Shown here one piece after another: positions 50,528 to 62,089 of a stretch of DNA of 64,000 nt; the stretch's first letter is position 1; the number at the start of each line of letters is the position of its first letter. Under the pieces are notes generated by a model. That model searched no databases, had not been told where the DNA came from, and was given only the letters and a program-made list of their open reading frames with translations. Source of the stretch: Lama guanicoe (lineage: Eukaryota); contig MU053881.1 in NCBI GenBank assembly GCA_013239625.1, forward strand, positions 6,657,957-6,721,956, in the 5' to 3' direction. The translations under genes and the position numbers were made by a program.

Positions 50528-50729
50528 AAATCGCAGCCATTGATAAAGTCATTGTAATGACAGTTGTTGGGTTGTTGTTTGAGCCTCCCTGAGCCCCATC
50601 AGTGAGTGGGGGTACTGGGTGGTCCCACTTCGTCTCAGGGGTGGGTTGAATCAGCCCACGCAGAAGTGCTGTGCAGCACACAGATGCCGCAGGGCAGCAT
50701 CAGCCCCTCCCAGGACTCGCATTTGTTCC

Positions 50730-51010
50730 AGAGGCAAAGTCTCTAAATGAATATTTCTGTTTCAGTCAATAAGATTGTACAACTTGTGGTGAAAACTGAG
50801 AGGCGATTAATCATCGAAGCTGGAAGCATTTGATCCTACAGCAGAGAGGAAACGGAAACAATGTGCCAGCCATTTCAGCACGCCACGTACACCTTGATCT
50901 TTTAAACGCTGCCTGGTTGGGTTATAAATAATTTTCCTTTGGTGTCAGTGGTTTGCACAAGGGAGTGTTTTGGGTGCATACAATACTAGGCATTTAGCGG
51001 ATTCCGGGTG
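50730..51010. promoter_or_regulatory. Candidate conserved non-coding element
   Basis: Repeat-free; gtcaata, cgattaatca, tttgatc (TCF-like), gttataaa (posterior HOX), tgtcag. Confidence 0.4.
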
Positions 51011-51071
51011 TCAGTGGCCCCACTAAGGTCCATCTGCAAGGAGCTTTTCTCCACTCAGCAGGAAAACAGAT

Positions 51072-51570
51072 GCAGAAGTTCCAATCTAAGATCTAAAACC
51101 TCTCAGCAGATGTTTTATTGGGCTTTTTTTGTTTTTGTTTGTGTGTGCATGCATGTGTGTGTGTGCATGTGTTTAACTGAGGCAACTCTTAAAAACTGGG
51201 ACATTATGCATATAGTCTATTTCCAGCTTCTTTTGAAAAGTCAGGAAACCTAGCCACATTCCCCTGGGTAGCAACATGCTGGGGGTGAGAAGCAGCTATC
51301 CCTTTACAGAAGGTCCGTGCGCCTGCATTCACCACGGCCCCCACCACTCTCTTTCATCTTTCTGACAAGTAGACTATTTGGGTCGTCATTTACTACTGTG
51401 CGTGGGGTGCAATTTGTCTTATAGTAGAGACATAGTTCTTTGTATTCACATCTCTATTAAACGTGGGGAAATGAAAGATAGATCAAGAGGGATGCATTTT
51501 TCACGGAAAATGATGGAAAACATATTTTCCTGTGATACTGAAGAATATTCCTAAGTACTTTTATGCAAAT
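51072..51570 (+). mobile_element. Charlie2/MER102-family hAT transposon 5' part with fossil transposase N-terminus
   Basis: 'ccagcttcttttgaaaagtcaggaaacctagccaca...gcagctatccctttaca...ccccaccactc'; 51448-51570 reads TSLLNVGK*KIDQEGCIFHGK*WKTYFPVILKNIPKY, like the KRKID..F...W...YF start of Charlie/SPIN transposases. Confidence 0.75.
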
Positions 51571-51669
51571 GGCCAATCCCTGCTCTCTTGCATGTCTCAT
51601 CTGACCCAGAGCTATGACTCTGCCCTATTTCCTAAGCCTCCAGAAAGCCCCACCTTGAGGCCCAGTCTT

Positions 51670-52310
51670 GATATTCACGTAATATACTCAGCCAGGGTCT
51701 ACCAGGTGCCTGCTCTGCACTGGGCATCATGCCTGGCCCTGGACTGCAGGGGTGGATCGGGCAGAAGTGCCCTCTGTCCTCCCAGTCTGGCTGGCCAAAG
51801 GAACCCCAGCCATGCAAACAAGCCGTCCCAACAAAAAAGACTGTCTGCCTTCACAGGGAGAAAGCCACGTAGTATCACTAATGAGGAGTCAGCCATCTTT
51901 CCAGGAAGAAAATGATGTTTCTGCTGAGACCTAGAGAGGGAGACAGAGTGAGTTGTTCCATGCAGAGGAAAAGCACATGCAAAGGCAAGAAGGCAAGAGA
52001 GAAAGGTGCTGGGAACTGCAGGAAGCTAGGTCTCGGTGGAGTACGCAGCATGGAGGTGGATGGGATGGGAGATTGTCTGAGAATGAGTCTAGTGGGTTGA
52101 GCATCTGGGCTGTGATGCATAGGCAGTTGGAAAGAGATAACAGCTCATGGGATGGGGCCTGGGGGATGAAATACATGGATAAATCCCAGTAGCCAGAGGA
52201 GACTGAGAGTAAACCAGAGCTCAAAAGATAACGCAGTGGAGGAGGGAGAGGGGGAGCAGCAAAGATGAACAGACAGTGCGGCTGCTAAGGGAGGCAGGGC
52301 ATCCAGGGTA
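51670..52310 (-). mobile_element. L2 LINE fragment
   Basis: 'ctaccaggtgcctgctctgcactggg...tgttccatgcagaggaaaagcacatgcaaaggc'. Confidence 0.65.
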
Positions 52311-52968
52311 GCAACCCCTCAACATCTCTGCCGTAGGGCCCTGAACCCGAGGGTGATGGAGGCCCAGAGGACACAGTGCAGGCCCCAGAGCTGCACAGAT
52401 CTGGCCATGCCATTTTCTGATGACTTAATATTTTTTAGCCTCAGTTTCCTCACTTATAAATTGGATAATGATAAATACCTCCCTGACTTGCTTTGTGGAT
52501 TAAATGAGGCTAAAAGCATCTGGCACTTAAGGAGACCGTAATAAAAGTAAGTTGATTTTTCAATTGATTCTGGTGTGTGCCTTTAAAACCCTGATGCCTA
52601 CCCTGGGATGACTTATCTTCCTTTCCTCCCACGAGGCATCTCCTGTTCGGGGGCCCCAGCCCTGGACAAGCCCTCCCCGGTGCCTGCCATCTGTCACTGG
52701 CGCTCGCTCCAGTGCTGACCTGGAGCCTGGCACGGGGCCGCAAGGATAATTACCACTTCTGAATCGATTCCTTCGAGCCCTTTTGAGCAGGCTGAGGAAT
52801 GCTGTGATTAAAATGATTAAAAACCTGCCTCCTATTTCACAGCTTTTAATATTTGATAAGATTTTGGAGAGACGGATAAGAGTAGGGCATGAAATCTGGC
52901 AGTTTGCAGTCCCAGCTTCCAGCCCCCTCAGGAAGCTATCCGAGCAGTGAAAAGGGGATTGAGAGCCA

Positions 52969-52992
52969 GAGAGAGAGAGAGAGAGAGACAGA
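52969..52992 (+). repeat. (GA)n microsatellite
   Basis: gagagagagagagagagagacaga. Confidence 0.92.
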
Positions 52993-53649
52993 GAATGAAT
53001 ATGAGGAAGGGTAAACCGGCATGCATCCTCCAAAGGGGAAAGCACAGAAAGAAAAGGGGAGATCTTCATTCTTCCAGGTTCTTCATGGGAATGCCAGTAA
53101 TAATTAAGATTATCATCATGAAAATAATGGTAAGATGACAACAGCAACCATCATGTATCAGGTACCCAATATATGCCAGGCGTGTGTGTGTGAGGAATAC
53201 ATCTGCTTTAATCTTCCCAACGATCTTACAAGGGAATAGATTTCTTCTTGATTTTATAGAAAGTAGAGGCTCAGAGAGGCAAAGTGACTTTTTCCTGGTA
53301 TCACTCAGCTAGTTACTGGAAGAACTGAAATCTATATTGGGTTGATTGGACCCCAAGCCCTACCACGGACAACGCTGAAGAACGTCAGGGCAGAAAGACG
53401 CTGCAGATCAGGAGACCTTAGGATTCTCTCCTGTCCCCATCCATAGGCATGATAGTCAGTTGCCTTTGGAGAGAGCAGCCCCAATGGTCGGGGTATCAAT
53501 GCGTGAATGCTTTGCTCTTTCTGTCGCTGCAGCCCGGAGGCTTTCTCCATGCCAATTTCCTTCCTTTCATCCGGTTCTTGATGACTCTGCTGGAATGTCA
53601 GTTCACCCAGGACAGCGTCTCTGTTTGGATTCAAATAACCCTCACAAAG

Positions 53650-53800
53650 CTTAGCATGGTTCAGCACTTGCTAAGTGCTGGGGGCTGTTTAATCTCTTTT
53701 TCCCAGCTATTATCTCATTATGCACAAAACCCTAACAAGTTAAGTACTGCTGTTATCTTTATTTGACAGATGAGGAAACTGAGGTTCAGCGGTGTTGGGA
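53650..53800 (-). mobile_element. MIR SINE
   Basis: 'tttatttgacagatgaggaaactgaggttcag'. Confidence 0.78.
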
Positions 53801-54344
53801 AGTTTATTCAGATAACTCCAGTAGGAACCTGGACTGCCCTCCAGTGTGGAAAAGACAGCTTGAGGCTTCCCGAAGTCAGGTCTGGGAGGGTCACAGAAGT
53901 CCACCAAGAGCGTCAAAAAGTTCGTGGTCCTAGAAAAAGCTAGTCAGCAAAAGTCCCTCTCCTGCTGTGCACTGGGGGCTGATCATGGACAGTTCAAACA
54001 AGCTGGGTCAGAATGGGCTCCGCAGAGAGAGCTCGAGAAGTTGCTTTGTTCTCTTGATCCCTGGAAGGTAAGAGAATGTGCCAGGTTACTGCAAAAGAGC
54101 TATGTCTCTGATTGAGGTCACCCTAGACCTCCCAGAGGACATGACAGTTGGGAGAAGGGCCCCACGGTTGCAGACAATGGCTGCTTTCCACTTGGAGGTG
54201 GAAGAGAGACACCCGAGCCCATTCTGGGGAGATCCATGCAGTAGTGTGGGGTCTAAAATCCATCCTGCAGAGCAGAGGATGCTGAGTGGGAGGACATTAG
54301 CCATTGAGAATTCTGAATGGGATACAGCGTGGGAGAGGAAATAA

Positions 54345-54570
54345 ACAAACCTAGGCAGTTTCAGAGAAAGAGCAGGAACAGGAAGATTTCAGCTTAATAC
54401 AAGTATGAACGTTCTTATAGTCAGAGGGGTCTGTGAAAGAAGGTGTGAGTTAATCACCACTAGAAGTGAATGAGCTAAGGCCATGCACAAATGGGGGATG
54501 CTGTAGAGGGTACTTAAGCCTAAGGAGAGAGTTTATAAACTTGAAGATCCCTTTCAAACCTCAGGAGTGC
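54345..54570 (+). mobile_element. L3/CR1 3' end
   Basis: 'gatttcagcttaatacaag...gtgagttaatcaccactagaagtg...gggatgctgtagaggg...aagatccctttcaaacct'. Confidence 0.55.
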
Positions 54571-54789
54571 AGTAAACAGAACTTAAATCAATCTCTGTTC
54601 TCCCATGTTAATTTTAGCAGTCAGCACATGTTTGGGACACACTAGATATCCGGGAAATGTTTGTTGAAAGAAAATATAATCTGCTGCAACAGAGATGCAC
54701 CAAAGTGTGCAGAAACACTAGTGAAGGAATCATGTTCCCATAATAATAACAGCCACAAAGTCCTCTATAGTTCAGTTAGTCCACATGGA

Positions 54790-54920
54790 TAATCTCCTTT
54801 ATTGCTCCCATTTTATAGATCAGGAAATCGAGGTTCAGAGTCAAGGGTCACACATGTAGAAGGTGGCAGAGCAAGGATTCGGAACCGCAGGGGTCTGACT
54901 TCATAGCCATGCTCTACACA
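54790..54920 (-). mobile_element. MIR SINE
   Basis: 'cccattttatagatcaggaaatcgaggttcagag..caagggtcacacatgtagaaggtggcagagcaaggattcggaacc'. Confidence 0.82.
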
Positions 54921-55199
54921 CCAGGGCTGCCCTGACCCTGGGTGCAACCTCCTCCTTTGCTGAGGTTGTAGCCTGGACCCAGGGCAGCTCTTCACTGAGA
55001 CCGCCTGGTGCCTGCAGTGGGGAGTGTTTCTAGGGCCAGAACAGGAGGAGTACAGTAAGCAGCTGCCCCCATAGTCAGTTTCTCTAGTTGGTTTCCATTT
55101 GCTGCTCAGAGATTCTTGGTTGGGTCTCTGCTCTCCCGAGAGTACTAACAATACTCCTGGGATTGGTGGCCTCGTCATCCCCCTCAAGGTTCTCCCTCA

Positions 55200-56350
55200 G
55201 CCACTACAGGTCACCTCCAACCAGCGACCTGCCCCTGACTCTTGGGGTGGAATGTTTAGACCCCATAGTCCATTGCTGGCCCCCTTTGGCTTTGTTCAAA
55301 CTTCTGTCCAGGGCACCATCGCCTCGACCCACACCCACCATGCTTACTCCCCGTCCAAACTGTGACCAGGATGACCTGCCACTGACCATCTTTCTTCCAG
55401 GCTCTGGCCTCAACTGTCTCCCCCATTGCTTCTTAATCTTTGCTTCTTCAGTGGTTAGCTCCTGACCTGTCTGAGCTCTGGAGCTGGGTCCCATCTCCTG
55501 ACTTCTGCCTGATCTGTATGAGATCCTTCTCTGACTCATCACTTAACCTTTTGTCCTCTTAACTCTTCACCCCTAGTCTGACTTCTTTCCCCCTGACTTC
55601 CCATCTGATGTTTGGTCTCATCTCCAACCCCCCTCACTTCCTGTCTCCCACTTCTCACTCATCCCTTAGACCAAGGTGTCTCCAGGCAACACTTTGGGCT
55701 CTCGGGACTGGGTAACTCTCTGCTGTGGGGGTTCTCCTGTGCACTGTGGGAGGTTTAAGCAACACACCTGGTCTCCACTCTCTAGGGACCAGGAGCACCA
55801 CTCTCGACTTGTGCCCACCAAATTTGCCTCCAGAAATTCTCAAACATGCTCAGGGGCAAAACTCCTTCATGTTGAGAACCACTGTCTCTCATCCATGAGT
55901 GCCTGCCCCTACCCCTCAGGCACTGACCGGTATTCCATTCTTTCAACAACTGAACCTTGCGCATTTTTGTTTCCAGCTCTTCTAGATAACAACTATTCCC
56001 ACCTCTCAAGCTACAGACCCCTGCCCTCCAGAATCCTGAATCAGATTCTTTTTTTTTTTTTGAATATCTGGCTGCTTGCCACAGACATTTTGTTCTCCGT
56101 ACTCCATGCCATAGCTTCCTTCTTCCTGATTCTTTGTTTCCCTCCTTCTCCTGGCTTATGGTTTTGCATCTTAATAACCAGTTCAATTTCTCAGGTGCTT
56201 TGGGTGGGTCATTAATTTCATGGTGCTCCACTCTTGTTAATAGCATTGTCCCTGACAACCAGGGGCCTGTTTAACTTCCATCCTCCCCTTCCTCTGCCTA
56301 GTTTTTTGCTTCAGTACAAGCCTTCATCACCTGTCCAGTCCCCAGGAGAG
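55200..56350 (+). mobile_element. L2 LINE internal fragment interrupted by MER20
   Basis: Pyrimidine-rich L2-like sequence ('ccaggatgacct...ttctccgtactccatgccatagcttcc...cttcttcctgattc') on both sides of MER20. Confidence 0.5.
55672..55884. mobile_element. MER20 (hAT-Charlie MITE)
   Basis: 'ctgggtaactctctgctgtgggggttctcctgtgcactgtgggaggtttaagcaaca..cctggtctccactctctag...ggggcaaaa...gttgagaaccactg'. Confidence 0.88.
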
Positions 56351-57205
56351 AAGTCAACCCTGGTCCACGTATCAGTGTAGACGATGTGGTCTCTGAGCCA
56401 TGCAGATCTGTTTCCTGAGGGGAGGGAGGCAGCATGGTGTACAGGGAGAGAGAGATATTGAAAGTATAGTCCCCAGCCCTATCTTGGTCCTTCCAATCAC
56501 TGTGTGAACTTGGGCCAGTCACTGAATCTCTTGGAGGCTCGGTTTAATGCAATCTTTCCCTTTTCCTTTAAAAGCTTAAGAGAAAACACATAACAGTACA
56601 GATAGCTCAGGATTAGAAGAAGAGAAGTTTTCTTCCATAATTGTCCTCTCTCAGACGCCATCCTTATACATTTATTATTTTCACATTGTTGCTAACACAT
56701 GCAACACATATCCTGCATTTGTCTCATTGTTATCATTTTCTTACAGATTAGGCATTGTAATACTTTGCTGTGTCACATGGAGATGAGACACTTGGACTTA
56801 AAAACACTATCTAATTACTCCTCTTAAGAATCCTAGGAGACAGATATTATTTCCTCCCATGAAGACTTTGAGGTCACAAGGTCTCTCAGGGTAAAACTGG
56901 CAGGGCCAGGATTACAATCCTAATTATCCTTCCTGACTTAAAGCACATGCTTTTGGGGAAAAAAGCACACTGTTTCTCACATAAAATTAACAGATTTGAA
57001 TCAGATGAAGAATATAAAATGCTTAACAGTGCCTGGCACACAGTGAGTACTTATCAAATGTTAACTCCTTTCCTTACCTATTGTTGGTGAGTAATACACA
57101 GAAATCGTGAATGTTTCAAAAAGAGCAGAGGGCCTTTTTAACTCTCCACTCTCCACTGGGCTCTAGGGTCTTTTAGGCAGAGGTTGTATGTGCTCCCTTG
57201 CTTTC

Positions 57206-57226
57206 TTCAGCACCCTGGACAAGGCT
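57206..57226 (+). promoter_or_regulatory. RE1/NRSE (REST) motif
   Basis: TTCAGCACC-CT-GGACAAGGCT versus consensus TTCAGCACC-NN-GGACAGCGCC. Confidence 0.5.
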
Positions 57227-57994
57227 CAATAGTTATTGACTGAACCATTGATTGAAGCAACACTGGTAGTGCCAGGTCACCTCCACGGTGACTCTGTGGG
57301 GAGAGGTGGGACTGGTGTGCTGGCCCATGGCTGCTTTCAGACAAGGGCGTTTGCATAACTGGAACGTGCTGTCCCCGTATCTAATAAAGATCTGAACGTC
57401 ACTAATTGGCAGGCAGAGGCTGTGTTCTCTCTATGGGATCAGAAGGGAGCAGAACGTGCCCTGAATGTTAATTTCTTCTGCAGCCTGCACTTGGGGGCGG
57501 GGGGCGAGAGGAGGAGAGGAGGAGAGGAGAAGAGCCGAGGGGCACAATCTACTCTGCACACGGAGCTCTGGTCTCGTGGCCATTTCATTAAAATGTCCTG
57601 AAGTAAAAATTAAAAGGGCATAAGACTCGGGGCCAGGTACCTTGGGTCCAGTTTCTGAATCTATTGTTTACAAGCTAAGTAAGAAACAAATCTCTCAGTC
57701 TCTCTGGGCCTCAGTTTCTGTATTTGCCAAGTGAAAATAAAAATGATAACAAGTATAACTAGTAAAAACATTCAATGAATGAATGAATGAAACCTGATAG
57801 GTTTTTTTCAGAGGGATGTGTCATCAGCAATATAAATAGTCTGCTTGTTCTGCAAGAGCATAAAGAGGAAAAAAGTCTCACAAAAATGGAAAACAATGAC
57901 AAACCACACGCAGGCTTCTGGGTGAGGTTGGACAAGAGTCCCCTGCCTCCCATGTGAAGAGCAAGACCATGTCCTAACTCAATGGTGTCCTTGC

Positions 57995-58185
57995 TTGGTT
58001 GGGCAATTATTTGAAGTGCTTTTAAAGATACAGGTTCACAGGCCACATCTCTGAATAGAGTGTGGTTCAATGGGTCTGGAAGGGTACGGAGCATGTAAGA
58101 ATCTGAATTTTTTATCGGCACCCCCAGCAATTCACCATAGAGGCATAGAGGCAATGCTGATTCAGGACCATGGTCAGCTCCACAC
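57995..58185. mobile_element. MER5-family hAT MITE (degenerate)
   Basis: 'gtgcttttaaagatacaggtt...ttcaatgggtctgg...agaatctgaatttttatcggcaccccca'. Confidence 0.55.
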
Positions 58186-58688
58186 CACAGACTTCTGTCA
58201 CCCGCACCTTTGATCACTGGAAAGACCAAATGAAGTACCACAGGAAAGATATTGTTCAAATGAGTGTTGTTGTTCTCAACTTACCCTCCAGAACCCTTAG
58301 GGACGTTTGAAGGACATCTGAGCAGGGTTGGGAGAATACAATCATAGGAAAAATATGGAGCTACAATTTTTGAACTCCCCCAGAACGTGAGTATAGTTTT
58401 TAATATATTATCGGCACAGGCTACTGGGCTAATATGCAATGTACTTATCAAACATGCATAGTTACAGAAATCAGGAGTGACAAAATAAAAAATTATCAAT
58501 AGAAGGCCCGTGGTTTCTTCCTGTATCTGTGATGAGCATTTGCGTACCTCTGGGGTATGGGCTTCTCTACTTGATGACGACTCCTGTTGAAGATTCAGAA
58601 GACCTTCCTTGTGTATCCACTTTTTGATGTGCTCACAGTGTGCTGTGACATGGCAACAGAGGAAGGAGGATGGAGGGTGGTTGGGGAC

Positions 58689-58725
58689 TGTGTGTGTGTG
58701 TGTGTGTGTGTGCACATGTGTGTGT
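58689..58725 (+). repeat. (TG)n microsatellite
   Basis: tgtgtgtg...tgcacatgtgtgtg. Confidence 0.95.
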
Positions 58726-60099
58726 AAGAACAGTGTTTGAGAGCAGAATGTTATGACAGGAACCTTCCTAAATATGTCCAAAATTATAAAACCTCCACAG
58801 CTAAATAAACTATGTTGTATGCCTTTGCATTCCTCTGCAGGTAAGCTATAGGAAAGAGGGAGACAAAGGAAGACTCTGACAGCACTGCTTATGGCAAATA
58901 TTTAGTGCAGATCCCCTTGCCCCAGAAAACTCAGGCTGGAGTGTGAGGTGTCTGGGTAAGGACAGATGAGGAAGCCCTGTGCATGGGCAGGTGATATCAT
59001 CAAACAGGACCATGAGCCTGTGTCCAGTAGGCTTTGGGTACCACTCTATGCAGTTCCATTAATAGCAGCCACTGGGATGCGATTCCAAGAAACTGAGCAA
59101 CGGATTGATTCAAAGTCAGAGCAATCACTGGACTCATTTCTTTCACTGCTGTGCCTGCATGGTTGGAAAGTGTGAACTGCCCCAGCCAAGGTGGAGAGGA
59201 GCAGTGCCTGCCAAATCAATAGGCAAGATAGCCACCTGCACTCTGGGGAGGCTTCCAGCCAGGAGTGAGGATGAGTAAATGACAGGCGGGTGGATGGAGA
59301 ATAGGGAAGCTCTGGGTTTTGCAGGCTCTCCTAGCAAGCCTCCAGCAGGGTCCAAAACTAAAAGAGCAGATTACAGGGGGAATTAGATCTGGTATGGAGG
59401 GCTCTGGGAGGCAGTGAGAAATGCCTCTGGCTATAAAACTGACTATCTAGAAACTCAGTGCCTCTGGCTTGGGCTCCCCTTCCAGAGTGGAGGAGAAGAT
59501 GAACACCTGCCTTGGGGCTGGGTACTTCAAGGAGCCACAGGACAGGACCTGGTCCCACGTGTTACTCCAAGGCCTGAACCCTATTCAGGACAGGTGTTCT
59601 GCATGCTGTGTTTCATTCTTCACCTGCAGCCTAGAGTCCTGGGCTCGGACAGATAGATTTCTCTGTACTAAAATTCCAGGAAACTTTAGATGAAAATTTG
59701 CCCCTTGTTGAAAAGATTTTTTTTTTTTGAGAAAATAGAGCATATCGTTCTCAAACAGGGCAGCTCAGGGGCTGGGAGATGACATGCAGGGGATGAAGGG
59801 ATGGGTACCCGCAGGATGCCAGGCTCTCAGAAGGGCTCTCACAAAATCAATGCACTTACAGGGACCCCACTGGGCTTTAGGAACCGGACACAGGAAGAGA
59901 GGCTGGAGAAGAGAGCATTTATTTATTCATCCAACAAATGCTTATCAGATGCCTGCAGTGTGTCAGGCATTCTTCCCACCTCTTGTAAACAGTCATGAAC
60001 AAGGCAGCCGAGGTCCCTGTCCTCACAGAGCTCCTGTGCAGTCATGTGGTCCCTGGGCAGGGATTTCACAGTGAAGCTGTTGTGGCCTGGTGACTGCCC

Positions 60100-60455
60100 A
60101 CTCATTCATCCTTGTCACTGAACACTCCTGGGCTCATCCCTGCACCACACTTGTGCGGCGCCCTCTGCCTGGAATTCCTTCTGCTTCCTATCTGCCTTGC
60201 AAATGCACATTTGCTCTTTGGCTCAGCTTTGTTTGAGCTCCCCCAGGAAGCCCTCCCTGTCATCCTTGCTGGGCCAGCTGCTTCTCCCTTTGCTTCCACC
60301 TATCTTAGCATTTGCCTTTTCTGTTTGTCTTTAAAAACATAATACACTCCTTGAGGTCAAGTCTAAGTTCTAATCATTTTTGTAGCCTCAGTGCCTAAAG
60401 TAAGTCCTACCACATAGTGGAAACTCAATAAATAAGTATTTCATCAAACTGAATG
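60100..60455 (+). mobile_element. L2 LINE 3' end
   Basis: 'ccctctgcctggaattcc...ccccaggaagccctccctg...ctccttgaggtcaag...cagtgcctaaagtaagtcctaccacatagtggaaactcaataaata'. Confidence 0.75.
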
Positions 60456-61235
60456 GACCATTCTTGCATACCTACATTGTGCCCGGCACACAGTGTACAC
60501 TTGGCATCATGCACAGTGGAAAGGTGAATCAGACATGGACCCAATGGGGCCTTAAGAAGCTCCCAGTCTAGTGGAGGGTGATCGGAAGCAGAGACTTTGC
60601 AGCTAAGTGATAAGTGGCAAGTGAGCTTTAGGCAATGTCCCGGAGGGACAGGGACAAGAGGAAGAAGCTGCCTCTAGTTTTGCCTCCCACGTGTCCCCTT
60701 CATATACAGACTCCAGCCAACTTCCTGCACGTTCCTGATCCAGCCTGGCACCATCTCCCTCCCTGCCTCCCTTCATGCTGTCCTCCAAGCCTGGAGTGCT
60801 CTCAGTCTGTTCAGACTCTGCCCACCCCTAATGTCACGGTCACTGTGGCTGCCATGTCATCCACATGCCAATAGCCCTCAGTGGGGCTGGCGAGGCAGGC
60901 AGGAGGGCAATGTTCATCTGAGGATCTAGGGGGCAGCCAAGCAGAACAGGGGGTCGGGGACTTTTAATTGACATTTAAATGTCAACACGCCACATTAAAT
61001 GTTATGCGTGTTTCACTCTAGCCCGCAAGATGCATAAACACATCTCAGGCTCCTTAATCACTGCCCATATTAATTACAGATGCCCTTTGCAAGTGGAAGC
61101 AAACCCAGGGCAGATGCCACACTCCAGCCAGAAGCTGGACGGCAGGGATGTCCATAGGATGCTTGTCCTGGACCCTGGGCCCCAGAAGGGACCCTCTCTT
61201 ATGAGAAGGATGGACAGTTAGACAAAGACCTGCAC

Positions 61236-61330
61236 AGAGGGAGAAGAGGAGGGAGAAACAGGGAGAGGGAGGGAGAGGAAGAGAGAGAAGTGAGAGGTAG
61301 AAGGAGGTGAAGAGGAAGAAAAATGCAAAG
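61236..61330 (+). repeat. GA-rich polypurine low-complexity tract
   Basis: About 95 nt almost entirely G/A. Confidence 0.85.
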
Positions 61331-61410
61331 CCACACCCAGAGAGAAAGACATTAGGGACTAGGAGAGGGGTGGGGAGCAGGGTGAAGAGATAGCTTAGGA
61401 CAGAAAATAA

Positions 61411-61697
61411 GACAGAAACAGACTCAGAGACATAGAAAACAAACTTATGGTTACCAAAGGGGAGAGGGAGGGGGAGAGGGATAAATGAGGAGTACTATGC
61501 ATGAAACAGATAAGCAACAAGGATTTACTGTACAACACAGGGAACAGCATCAGCATAGTGTAATAATCTATAACGGAAAATGATCTGAAAAATATATATA
61601 TAAAACCGAATCACTTTTTTGTACACATGAAACTAATACAATATTGTAAATCAACTATACTTTAATTTAAAAAAGAAAACAATGATTTAAAAAAAAG
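61411..61697 (+). mobile_element. L1 3' UTR (cetartiodactyl-type) with A tail
   Basis: 'acagaaacagactcagagacatagaaaacaaacttatggttaccaaagggg...gcaacaaggatttactgtacaacacagggaac...ttgtaaatcaactatactt'. Confidence 0.9.
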
Positions 61698-62089
61698 TGA
61701 CTGGAATCATTGACCTGCAAATGTAAATGATTCTTACTGGACAGTCCCAGGGACTTGAATCTCTGGCATACGCACGAGCTGCCTGCCCCCTTCCCAAGAT
61801 TGGGCCACTCTGATCCCAGGGGAGGGTCGGGGAGTCAGAACTACTCACTAACAGGAGGCAGTCCTGGGAGGGAGAGGGTCAGCGAATTCACGACAAGGAA
61901 GTCCCACTGCCCCCATGAGGTAGCTCAGAACGGAGGCCCAAGGTCACAGGCAGAATTGAGCCCAAGACCCAGGTCTTGCCTTTTCCGGGGCTTCTGCCAC
62001 AAGCCAGCACATCTGTCCAGACCTTCTGGCTCTCTCTCTGATCAGATCTGAACCTGACTCATGCTTTTTAGCCCAGAACCAGACTGGGG

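Noticed and set aside
52560..53147. 195-aa minus-strand ORF
   Set aside because: Crosses a GA microsatellite and a non-coding motif block; no recognisable domain
55676..56258. Overlapping 179-aa and 158-aa ORFs
   Set aside because: They lie within MER20 and L2 remnants
58200..58660. Possible endogenous viral element or processed pseudogene (atypical composition)
   Set aside because: Translations resembled no viral or cellular protein I know; no polyA or TSD
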